Positions 51,386 through 60,201 of a stretch of DNA of 64,000 nt are shown piece after piece. The DNA comes from an uncultured Candidatus Saccharibacteria bacterium (GTDB lineage Bacteria > Patescibacteriota > Minisyncoccia > Phycocordibacterales > Phycocordibacteraceae). The position numbers and the translations under genes were made by a program. Every line of letters starts with the position of its first letter. Position 1 is the stretch's first letter. The notes under the pieces were generated by a model. That model was not told where the DNA came from, made no database searches, and saw only the letters and a program-made list of their open reading frames with translations. Location: contig CAZYRK010000002.1 of NCBI GenBank assembly GCA_964650475.1, positions 12,087 to 76,086 of the forward strand, written 5' to 3'.

Positions 51386-52771
51386 CTACTCGTCCGAAGC
51401 CACTTTGTCTCGCGACTCTTCTTCATCTACAATCGATGCTCCCGCGTCTTCTGTAAGCTCTTCTTCCGCAGAAAGTTCTGTCGGTGCATTTTTCACACCT
51501 TCAGGAATAACTTCTTCAGAAGCTGTTGGTTCTACTCCGGCTTCTTCAGCTGGAGTTTCAGTATTCGTTGCGACATCTTCTTCCGGTGATATATCTACAG
51601 AATCACCGTCTGTTTGCGCAACATCTGCACCTCCTGTCGACATTATGTCGATATTCCATCCGGTAAGCTTCGCAGAAAGACGTACGTTTTGCCCCCCGCG
51701 ACCAATGGCAAGCGACTGTTGGTCTTCCGTCACAGTTACCGTCGCACGATGCTCCGAGCTATCGAGTACCACGTCAATCGCAGTCGCCGGCGAAAGAGCG
51801 TCTTTGATGTAAGTCTCTATATCATCAGACCACTCGATAATATCGATACGCTCACCACCGAGCTCACCCATTACGGTCGAAACACGCACACCGCGCTGTC
51901 CTACGAGCGAACCTACAGGATCGATACTCGGATCAGTCGATACAACAGCGAGCTTTGTACGGCTCCCCGCTTCGCGTACGATTTCTTTAATTTCAATGGA
52001 GCCTGAAGCGAGCTCCGGTACTTCCATCTCAAAAAGCTTTACCACAAAGCGCGGATGCGCGCGGGAAAGACGTAAGTACACCCCACGGAAACCTTCATCT
52101 ACATTATAAAGGTATGCACGGATTCGCTCGCCTGGTCGATACCTCTCTCCGGGAATCTGCTCTTCATAAGGAATGATACCCGTAGTGCGTCCGAGGTCGA
52201 TATATAAAGCTCCGCGTTCTACCCTTTGCACAACACCTGAGACAATCTCTTCCTTCTTGCTTGCAAACTCTTCAAGGATAGAGAGTTTTTCCGCTTCGCG
52301 AATTTTTTGAATAATAACCTGCTTGGCGGTTTGCGCTGCAATCCTACCGAAATCGTCTTGCGGTTCCAGTGGAAAAACAAGCTCTTCACCAACTACAACA
52401 TCACGCTTCATCAGCTTCGCGTTTTCAAGGAGAATATGCTTCTCAGTATCAAAACGAGGAAGTTCCTCCTCGTCTGAAGTTTCTTCACCTTCTTGCGTTG
52501 GGAGTGTTTTTGCTTTTTCAGGTTCCTCGTCTTCCTGTTCTTCTGTAGCAAAACGCACAGTTGTGTCATCAACAACTGTTTTTATCTGCTCGAAACTTAC
52601 TGTTCCACTATCTAAATCAAGTTTTGCGCGCACTACCTGCCCGCGTTTTCCGTACTCTTTTTTGTATGCTGTGGCCATTGCCGTTTCAATGGCATCGACC
52701 ATAGTCTCGCGGGAAATACCGCGATCTTCAAACTCCCCTAGCACCAGCTTAATGGTTTTGAGATCAATCAT
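51386..52771 (-). CDS. nusA: Transcription termination factor NusA
   Basis: FGRIAAQTAKQ, EVPE, REAGSRTK, AIGRGGQNVRL; start reset to 52771. Confidence 0.97.
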   Translation of the reverse strand: MIDLKTIKLVLGEFEDRGISRETMVDAIETAMATAYKKEYGKRGQVVRAKLDLDSGTVSFEQIKTVVDDTTVRFATEEQEDEEPEKAKTLPTQEGEETSDEEELPRFDTEKHILLENAKLMKRDVVVGEELVFPLEPQDDFGRIAAQTAKQVIIQKIREAEKLSILEEFASKKEEIVSGVVQRVERGALYIDLGRTTGIIPYEEQIPGERYRPGERIRAYLYNVDEGFRGVYLRLSRAHPRFVVKLFEMEVPELASGSIEIKEIVREAGSRTKLAVVSTDPSIDPVGSLVGQRGVRVSTVMGELGGERIDIIEWSDDIETYIKDALSPATAIDVVLDSSEHRATVTVTEDQQSLAIGRGGQNVRLSAKLTGWNIDIMSTGGADVAQTDGDSVDISPEEDVATNTETPAEEAGVEPTASEEVIPEGVKNAPTELSAEEELTEDAGASIVDEEESRDKVASDE

Positions 52772-52894
52772 AATAAAATATTTTAGAAATATGTACCGCT
52801 TCACTATAACAAGAAATGCCCGCATTGCGGACATTTCAGGGTAAAAACATATTACCAAGTTAGAGAGTATGCGTCAACCCGCAGAGAACTGCGC

Positions 52895-53092
52895 TTACCA
52901 CGCGTAGCGCATGCCACGAGAAGACGTCTTTAACACAATGTTTCCTCGGCAGATGCTACGCACCAATTTTTTTGGGTCCCTGTGCCCAGCTTGGCGAGTT
53001 AATACGAACACGGCTTGCTGTAAATCTTCTCTTGAGATTTCTTCAATCTCAGACATCATCTCCCTCTTTTCTATACTACTATTATTACCCAT
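52895..53092 (-). CDS. Small hypothetical protein
   Basis: 65-aa ORF with AAGGAGGT Shine-Dalgarno. Confidence 0.4.
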   Translation of the reverse strand: MGNNSSIEKREMMSEIEEISREDLQQAVFVLTRQAGHRDPKKLVRSICRGNIVLKTSSRGMRYAW

Positions 53093-53158
53093 GACCTAAC
53101 CTCCTTTAAAAAAGTTATTGTCTGTACTTCATTCCGTGCAAAATATACTTTGTCTAAA

Positions 53159-53209
53159 GCAAAAAAGCAACAGCGGGGCGCCTTCGGCGCCCCGCTGTTG
53201 CTTTTTTGC
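53159..53209. terminator. Perfect 24-bp hairpin (c-GAA-g on minus strand) downstream of cfa
   Basis: gcaaaaaagcaacagcggggcgcc-ttc-ggcgccccgctgttgcttttttgc. Confidence 0.75.
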
Positions 53210-53220
53210 CCCGCATACAT

Positions 53221-54354
53221 TTACCGCACAGAAATATACCCACCCAACACACCTTTTTTAGACAAAACGATTTGCCAAAGTTGCGCTTCGCGTGCGCGAA
53301 ACAACCCTGCGCACGAGAGCAGATAGTATTTCCACATTCTGTAAAACTCTTCACCGTACTCCTTTATAACTTCTGTCCGATATTTTTCTACATTTTCAAA
53401 CCATGCCATCAGAGTTTTGTCATAGTCCGTACCAAAGTTATGCCAGTCCTCCATTACAAACACCTTTTCTATAGAATCCCCGATTTGTTTTATTGACGGG
53501 AGCATGGAGTTTGGAAAAATGTATTTATTTATCCATGGGTCTGTTGCGTGAACAGACCAATTTCCTCCTATAGTGTGGAGCAAAAACAGTCCATCATCTT
53601 TAAGAAGTTTCCGAACCGCTTTCATGTACGTTTTATAATTTTTATATCCGACATGTTCAAACATTCCTATGGAAACGATGCGATCAAAAGAACCTTCGGT
53701 GTCGCGATAGTCTTCAACACGAATCTCAATCGGCAACCCTTTACACTTTTCTCGAGCAAGCTTTGCTTGCTCTTTGGAAACAGTAATACCAACAGCGGAA
53801 ACTCCGTATTTCTCTACTGCATACTTAACAAAACTTCCCCATCCGCACCCGATATCGAGAATTTTCATACCGGGTTTCAAACCGATTTTCTTGCAAACCA
53901 GATCGAGTTTCGCTTCCTGTGCTTCTTCAAGATTTTTTGCATCTTTCCAATAACCGCATGTGTATGTTAAACGCGAATCAAGCATTTTCTCAAACAGACT
54001 ATTTCCTGCATCGTAATGTGTTTTGCCCACCTGAAAAGCGCGTTTTTTCGAGCTCTTATTAAAAACGAAAGCTCCTGCCAGATACAAAAGAGTCTTAACA
54101 TCTTTAAGACGAAGCATTTTCAACAATTCCGTGTCCAAACGCGTCCTGAAAATTTTATAAAAGAACTCATCAAGTTTTTCTGCGCCCCACCAACCCGCAA
54201 CATACGACTCTCCAAGACCGAGCGAACCACGAGTAAACACTTGGTCGTATACACCCTCATTCTTAACCTGCATATCCCATGGATTAGAACCATTGATATG
54301 CACTCCGGATTTCTCCAGTAATAACTCCGCCAGTTTTTTTGTCTTTTTACTCAT
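53221..54354 (-). CDS. cfa: Cyclopropane-fatty-acyl-phospholipid synthase
   Basis: GSLGLGESY, HYDAGN, LDIGCGWG, SIGMFEHVG, WINKYIFPN. Confidence 0.95.
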   Translation of the reverse strand: MSKKTKKLAELLLEKSGVHINGSNPWDMQVKNEGVYDQVFTRGSLGLGESYVAGWWGAEKLDEFFYKIFRTRLDTELLKMLRLKDVKTLLYLAGAFVFNKSSKKRAFQVGKTHYDAGNSLFEKMLDSRLTYTCGYWKDAKNLEEAQEAKLDLVCKKIGLKPGMKILDIGCGWGSFVKYAVEKYGVSAVGITVSKEQAKLAREKCKGLPIEIRVEDYRDTEGSFDRIVSIGMFEHVGYKNYKTYMKAVRKLLKDDGLFLLHTIGGNWSVHATDPWINKYIFPNSMLPSIKQIGDSIEKVFVMEDWHNFGTDYDKTLMAWFENVEKYRTEVIKEYGEEFYRMWKYYLLSCAGLFRAREAQLWQIVLSKKGVLGGYISVR

Positions 54355-54549
54355 GGTATTTATATAAAAACTATACTACAGCTCTACTTAAAGTACATGC
54401 GCATTTCTACGGTAGCCCAATAACGCGGGCAAAAGACCTCCGGTCTTTTGCCCGCGTTATCCCCACCCACACACAAACAACCTGCCCCGCACAACACATC
54501 TGATATACAATCAAGACATTAACTTAATATTAATATCCACTTTTCTTTT

Positions 54550-55512
54550 ATGTCTCGCAGACTAATTTCACAAATAGGGCTTCTGGTCGCAGTGTTCTTC
54601 CTCTCTGTTGCGGTACAGGGTTATGCTTCCTTTAGGGAACCAAACACAACCCCACCAAACGCAAATGTAAACGCCCCACTAAACACCGGCTCGTCTGCGC
54701 AAACGAAGTCCGGGGATCTTACTGTTAAGAACCTTACCTCTGTTGGAAGCATCTGGTCCACAGATGTTGTTTCTTCCGGTAATGTATTTGCAAAAAATGT
54801 CACCGCAACAGGAAATGTATATGCCAATGGCGATATTTATACTAACGGTGGCAGAATATACGCAGCAAAAGGCGTCTACATTAAAGAAGCCGGGCACTGG
54901 AAAAAGCTCGCGATGGGCAACACTGTGAACAATACGAATACAGTTGCTTACCTATACAAATCCCAACACACAACAAAACAATGTACGAACCTTGGCGGAA
55001 CCGTTGTTACCGACGGCTCGACAAAGTTCTGTAAGTTCATGGAGAACTACGATTTAGGTGCTGTAACTCACACAAATCCTAGTATTGGTGGTACACCCGT
55101 CAACAATCCACCTTCACAACAACAACGTAATTTCTGTACCTCACTGGGTGGAAAAGTTACGGCTACACAAACCAAAGCGTGGGGTTTTATACTCGCCGGA
55201 ACATATTATAAATGCGTTTTCCCTCACGGTTATTCAAACACATCAAACAACCAAGTCCCTGCTGGGTGGGCAATATATAGACACTACCCAAGAACGGCTC
55301 GGGTCAACGGGTCTACTGGTGGATGGTCGATTACAGTACCAGAAACTTGTCACGGACATGACAATCCGAGTTCTCAATGCACGACAAAATCACACTCAAC
55401 ACTACAAAACAAAGGCCGAGAAACTTGCTCTTTCTATTCGTACATTGCATACCAAGGTAGAGGATTTACCGATACTTGCCAGGCAGCAGTAGTTGCTGTT
55501 GGAGCGTACTAG
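54550..55512 (+). CDS. Secreted Cys-rich hypothetical protein (adhesin/fibre-like)
   Basis: Signal peptide, EP...PP..NV.APLN.G...Q.K.G.L N-region, repeated CT.LGG.V motif. Confidence 0.7.
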   Translation: MSRRLISQIGLLVAVFFLSVAVQGYASFREPNTTPPNANVNAPLNTGSSAQTKSGDLTVKNLTSVGSIWSTDVVSSGNVFAKNVTATGNVYANGDIYTNGGRIYAAKGVYIKEAGHWKKLAMGNTVNNTNTVAYLYKSQHTTKQCTNLGGTVVTDGSTKFCKFMENYDLGAVTHTNPSIGGTPVNNPPSQQQRNFCTSLGGKVTATQTKAWGFILAGTYYKCVFPHGYSNTSNNQVPAGWAIYRHYPRTARVNGSTGGWSITVPETCHGHDNPSSQCTTKSHSTLQNKGRETCSFYSYIAYQGRGFTDTCQAAVVAVGAY

Positions 55513-55526
55513 AAAGGTAACCCCCC

Positions 55527-55582
55527 ACCCACACACACAACAGCCCCGACCTTAAAAGGTCGGGGCTGTTGTGTGTGTGGGT
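55527..55582. repeat. Perfect 27-bp hairpin; core repeated at 56277-56307
   Basis: acccacacacacaacagccccgacctt-aa-aaggtcggggctgttgtgtgtgtgggt. Confidence 0.9.
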
Positions 55583-55615
55583 TTTGGGTGACAAACAGGT
55601 AAATGGTTTGGTGTC

Positions 55616-55955
55616 TGTTTTGCGGACACTTTTGCGGACACTAAGTGTCCGCAAACCGATGTTTGCGTTTCGTCCGCGTCATATTGTTTTTTTTGCGGAC
55701 ACTAAGTGTCCGCAAACCGAGACCTTCCCAACTTTTTTCCACAAATAAAAACCTAAGCGGTACGTTGCGATGGATAGGGTAAGACATGTCCGAGCGGCCC
55801 GGAGCATGTTTTGCCGACACTTTTGCGGACACTTAGTGTCCGCAAAACATGCTCCGCAAAAACTCTCTGCCGCTTAGTGTCGGCAGAGAGTTTCGCGTGT
55901 GGTTTTGGGGTTTAGATAGACCGGCTAACATTTTGTGAAGGTTAGCCCTCCCCAA
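55616..55955. repeat. REP/BIME-like mosaic cluster 2
   Basis: Three full GCGGACAC(TAA/TTA)GTGTCCGC units, several half units, degenerate GAAGG..CCTTCCC units, and linkers shared with cluster 1. Confidence 0.9.
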
Positions 55956-56322
55956 ATCTATACAATGTTAAATTGTGTAAGAAGCATTGTCTTTACGGTC
56001 TTAAATTTTAACAAAAGGAAACAGCACCGCGGGGATATAAAAAACATTGTCTTTTTCAAGACAAAAAATCTATTTCACACTGGTTTTTATCCTACTCAAG
56101 TATTTCGAACATACGTTGATAAAAAATCAAGGTATTTTTATCAACGTATGTGGGAAAATAGGCGGTTGGAAGTCTTTATTTTGCAAAAAAAAACCGGCAA
56201 AACCTTTTCTCAAAGAAGGCTTAAAGAAAAAGCCTAGTGCGGTTTTCGTGCTCTCGCAAAGCACCGCCCAATTAAAAAAGCCCCGACCTTTTTAAGGTCG
56301 GGGCTTTGGCTCGCAGATATTG

Positions 56323-57375
56323 TTATTTATCATATGAGTCCCGTGACGGGAGCTGACGTTTGAAGTCTCCGTACTGCGGAAACATCTTTACAAACTCCTC
56401 ACATAAAGGAACCATAACTTCTCTCATCGAGGGTTCCGCTCCTCCGGAAGTGCGGAGCGCCATCATGTGCATCCACTCAACCAGATTCGCATAAACGATA
56501 ATTTCCGTTTTGCATGAATTCGGGAGAACGGTTCGAGCCGCTTGTGGCGAAACCTTCTTTCCGTCCGGTCCCAAACTCCCCAAAAGTTTCAGATAAGTCT
56601 GCTCCGCTTGAAGAACAGACTTTTCCCAAAGGGAGTAAAGCTCCGTACCTTCTTTGAAAAACATGGGTTTGATGTACGTAACCCTGTTTCCAAAGCGGTC
56701 GATATTGTACCGGCAATACCTCTGGCTTTCCTGCAGATACGAGCATGGGCGGTGACGCACAATCTCGTGCGTTACGGCACGGTTTACAATAAACTTCACC
56801 GCAATGTGCCGATGCCGAGCGCGCATGTCCGGAGGAAGTTCATTAACCTCGATCAAAGGCACTTGCTTCACTTCAATACCCAAAGAAAAACCGTGCTCCG
56901 GATACTGCAGGTCATCGAAGAAACATGGGTGTTCAAACCACATATCGCCAACAATTGCTGTGGTTATCTCGCACTCCGGGTGAAATATGTACATTTCCCG
57001 AAAAGCTCGTACGCTCCCGGTGATAAGAAGCTGGTAGTACCACGGGTTTTGCATATCTCTTTGCAAACCATAGAGACTGTCCACAAACAAATACTTTGGT
57101 ATCGTTTCGTAAAAATTTTTCAGCTTTTTTACGTCTTGAAACGAAACGCGGTAGCTAACAACAGCCATCTCCAAAACCGAGTTGTGCCCTCTCTTCACCG
57201 TATTACGGCAAAAAGGCTCTGCCGTAATACGACCCACTTTGTGCTCGCTTTTATAGCAAATTCTGCCACACTCTTCTATTCTTTTCTCAAGACCTTGACT
57301 ATCCAACCCCGTTAAAATCTCGAACGAAGGCGAAACCACTTTTGCTTTTGTGAAATCTGTTTCCTGCGTTCTCAT
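56323..57375 (-). CDS. thyX: FAD-dependent thymidylate synthase (long form)
   Basis: GRICYKS, GHNSVLE, RAVTHEIVRHR..S..QESQRY, AR.VLP. Confidence 0.92.
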   Translation of the reverse strand: MRTQETDFTKAKVVSPSFEILTGLDSQGLEKRIEECGRICYKSEHKVGRITAEPFCRNTVKRGHNSVLEMAVVSYRVSFQDVKKLKNFYETIPKYLFVDSLYGLQRDMQNPWYYQLLITGSVRAFREMYIFHPECEITTAIVGDMWFEHPCFFDDLQYPEHGFSLGIEVKQVPLIEVNELPPDMRARHRHIAVKFIVNRAVTHEIVRHRPCSYLQESQRYCRYNIDRFGNRVTYIKPMFFKEGTELYSLWEKSVLQAEQTYLKLLGSLGPDGKKVSPQAARTVLPNSCKTEIIVYANLVEWMHMMALRTSGGAEPSMREVMVPLCEEFVKMFPQYGDFKRQLPSRDSYDK

Positions 57376-57554
57376 AACATCCTCCTTTTTGTTTTTCAGT
57401 CACATTCGCTCATAAGTGAGCTTTTCAAAATACAATACTATCTAAAGCCAAAGTACATTTACACAATGCCAATGTCAACAAACGCGCAAACATCATTTCA
57501 TTGCCGTGCTGTTTGTTTTCAGTAGCATATGTATCCAAAACTCTGTATAAAAAC

Positions 57555-57608
57555 CGCATATCAGACTTAATAGTAACCGGTACCGGTTACTATTAAGTCT
57601 GATATGCG
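57555..57608. repeat. 54-bp loopless perfect palindrome
   Basis: cgcatatcagacttaatagtaaccggt|accggttactattaagtctgatatgcg. Confidence 0.92.
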
Positions 57609-57811
57609 AAACATAGCTAAAAAGTATTAAGACTGACTTCTTTGAAAAAGATTGTTTTCACTACAAATAATCTGATATTTGTTTGAGACCCCCCTCCATA
57701 AATAAGGAGGTTTTTCTGAAGATAAGCGCTTCAAGGCGAAAATTAAGCGGAGAATACGAAAAACCAAACAACACCGCACCGAAAACTGTGTTGAGAAATA
57801 AAGGTGCCACA

Positions 57812-57859
57812 AGTATCGCGCCCCAGTGTCAAAACATATTGACACTGGGGCGCGATACT
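57812..57859. repeat. Perfect 21-bp inverted repeat with 6-nt loop
   Basis: agtatcgcgccccagtgtcaa-aacata-ttgacactggggcgcgatact. Confidence 0.9.
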
Positions 57860-58139
57860 AAAAAAGCTGAGGATTTGGAATATAACGAGACGGAAAACAT
57901 AATTAAAATTCCATTGAAACACTTTTTACTGGCAATAGGGTGAAAATAAAGTATTGAATGTCTTTTTATTTTGGCTACTTTTTGTTTTTGAATTTCGCTT
58001 TCCGCGTGCTAAAGTGCTCGCACCGTTAGAAAACAGCGGACTTATCATTTATTCCGTTCTCGACAGTCCTCGCACACCACCTCCGGACACGATTTGCATA
58101 GAAAAGACTTGAGGAACTGCCGAGCGGTAATCCCTATCT

Positions 58140-59669
58140 ATGTCGTTAAAATTTCTCTTTATTTTACTTGCGCTTTCGGGCGCCGCCGGCATCGCGCTCG
58201 GCTATGTTTTGCGATGGCTCATCGCACTCGGACAGCGCGGTTCACTTGAGCTGGATATAAAACAAAAAATGCTCGAGGCAAAGGAGCGGGCTTCAGTAAT
58301 ACTCAAAGAAGCAGAAAAACAAAGTGCGAAAATCTCTGATGAGCTTCTCGCAGATGTGCGCGAGCGTGAAGAGAAACTCGAAAAAAACCTCGCACGCCTT
58401 ACCAAAAAAGAAGATTTTTTAGATGCTCGTGAGCGCACTATCGTCGACGAATCAGAAATAATACGTTCCAGAGAAAATGAACTCTCACAACTAAAAAAGG
58501 AATCCGAGGAGGTTCTTGTAAAGCGCCGTTTGGAGCTTGAGCGCATTACTCACCTTTCAGAAGAAAAAGCGCTCGAAGAGATGTTTAAAGATATCGAGAA
58601 AACAAACGAAGAAGCTATTTTGGGCAGATTGCAAAAACTTGAAGCGCACGGGAAAGAAAGACTTGAAGAAGTTGCCAAAAATATACTTACCGCGTCAATA
58701 CATCGTCTCGGAAACGCAGTAAATACAGATGTAATGTCGCTTTCTATTCCCATAACTTCCGAGGAAGTAAAAGGGAAAATAATCGGAAAAGAAGGGCGTA
58801 ATATTAAAACTTTTGAACGCGCAACCGGCACGGACGTTATTGTGGACGATGCTCCGGATCGTATTACACTTTCATCTTTTGATCCTTTTAGACGCTACAT
58901 AGCAAAAATAGCACTTGAGCGTCTTCTTGCAGACGGGCGTATTCAACCAACAAAGATAGAGGAAGTTGTAGCTCGTGCAAAAAAAGAAGCGGAGGAGCTC
59001 CTGCGACAAAAAGGCGAGCAAGCGACATATGAAGCCGGTGTTGTGGGGCTTGATCCGAAGCTGATATCACTGCTCGGGCGACTTTATTTCCGCACGAGTT
59101 ACGGACAAAGCGTTCTACGCCACTCCATAGAAATGGCACACATCGCAAACATACTTGCGGAAGAGCTTGGAGCAGATCCTGTTATTGCCCGCACAGGGGC
59201 TCTTTTGCACGACATAGGGAAAGCTGTCGACCACGAAGTTAAAGGAACCCATGTCGAGATAGGACGCCGTATTCTTGAGCGTTTCGGTGTCGACAAGAAA
59301 GTTATTCAAGCAATGCAGGCACATCATGACGAATATGCTTATGAAACAACGGAATCGGTTATCGTACAGGTTGCAGATGCTATTTCCGGAGGACGCCCAG
59401 GGGCGCGCCGTGACTCTGTAGAGAAATACCTAACACGACTTAACGACCTTGAGCGCCTTGCGAAAAACTTTACTGGGGTCGAAAAAGTATATGCTGTACA
59501 GGCAGGGCGCGAGATTAGGATTTTTGTGAACCCAGGAAAGGTGTCTGATTTGGCAATGCATAAAATGGCTCGCGATATCGCAACACGCATACAAGACGAA
59601 TTGCGCTATCCGGGAGAAATAAAAGTAAATATTATTCGCGAAAATCGCGTTGTAGAGTTTGCAAGGTAG
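58140..59669 (+). CDS. rny: Ribonuclease Y
   Basis: N-terminal TM, coiled coil, KH (GKIIGKEGRNI), HD (LLHDIGK), RPGARR. Confidence 0.97.
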   Translation: MSLKFLFILLALSGAAGIALGYVLRWLIALGQRGSLELDIKQKMLEAKERASVILKEAEKQSAKISDELLADVREREEKLEKNLARLTKKEDFLDARERTIVDESEIIRSRENELSQLKKESEEVLVKRRLELERITHLSEEKALEEMFKDIEKTNEEAILGRLQKLEAHGKERLEEVAKNILTASIHRLGNAVNTDVMSLSIPITSEEVKGKIIGKEGRNIKTFERATGTDVIVDDAPDRITLSSFDPFRRYIAKIALERLLADGRIQPTKIEEVVARAKKEAEELLRQKGEQATYEAGVVGLDPKLISLLGRLYFRTSYGQSVLRHSIEMAHIANILAEELGADPVIARTGALLHDIGKAVDHEVKGTHVEIGRRILERFGVDKKVIQAMQAHHDEYAYETTESVIVQVADAISGGRPGARRDSVEKYLTRLNDLERLAKNFTGVEKVYAVQAGREIRIFVNPGKVSDLAMHKMARDIATRIQDELRYPGEIKVNIIRENRVVEFAR

Positions 59670-59863
59670 TGAAAAACCGTCGTGGGGTGCGGGCGCGTAG
59701 CGCCCGCACCCCACTAGCTTATGCGTTTGCAACACACCGATTGCTTTGTGTCAAAAAATATCGCTATCCACCGTTTTGTCGCTTCGCACTTGCAGGAAAC
59801 GCTTTATTCCCTATACTTTTTAGCATACCCCTCTATACGAGGTATTAACCATAGTAGATTCCT

Positions 59864-60136
59864 ATGAATAAAGCGGAAATTATTGAAAAAGTTCACGAGG
59901 TGCTCGGTTCAACAAAAGCAGACGCAGATCGCGCCGTAGAAACAATTATCGAGTCAATTACAAATACACTTAAGTCCGGTGAGGAAGTATCCATTGCCGG
60001 TCTCGGCATCTTCTCAGCGAAAGTTCGTCCTGCACGTATGGGACGCAACCCTCGCACAGGTGAGCCGGTTCAGATTCAAGCAATGCGCGTACCGAAGTTC
60101 CGTGCATCCAAAGCTCTTAAAGACGCTGTTAAATAA
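59864..60136 (+). CDS. hup: DNA-binding protein HU
   Basis: MNKAEII, GRNPRTGE, PKFRASKALK. Confidence 0.96.
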   Translation: MNKAEIIEKVHEVLGSTKADADRAVETIIESITNTLKSGEEVSIAGLGIFSAKVRPARMGRNPRTGEPVQIQAMRVPKFRASKALKDAVK

Positions 60137-60156
60137 AACGTAGTTTAGAGTGCTTT

Positions 60157-60193
60157 AAAAGCGCGCGCCGTCCTACGGACGGCGCGCGCTTTT
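60157..60193. terminator. Perfect 17-bp hairpin (c-GTA-g on minus strand) between convergent hup and rarA
   Basis: aaaagcgcgcgccgtcc-tac-ggacggcgcgcgctttt. Confidence 0.75.
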
Positions 60194-60201
60194 TGTTTAC
60201 C

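Noticed and set aside
55935-56295. Short ORFs after REP cluster 2 and at 57627-57943
   Set aside because: No convincing start signals or motifs; they may be decayed fragments but cannot be supported.
57555-57608. dif site
   Set aside because: Only a weak resemblance to a XerD arm; it lacks the 11-6-11 asymmetric layout.
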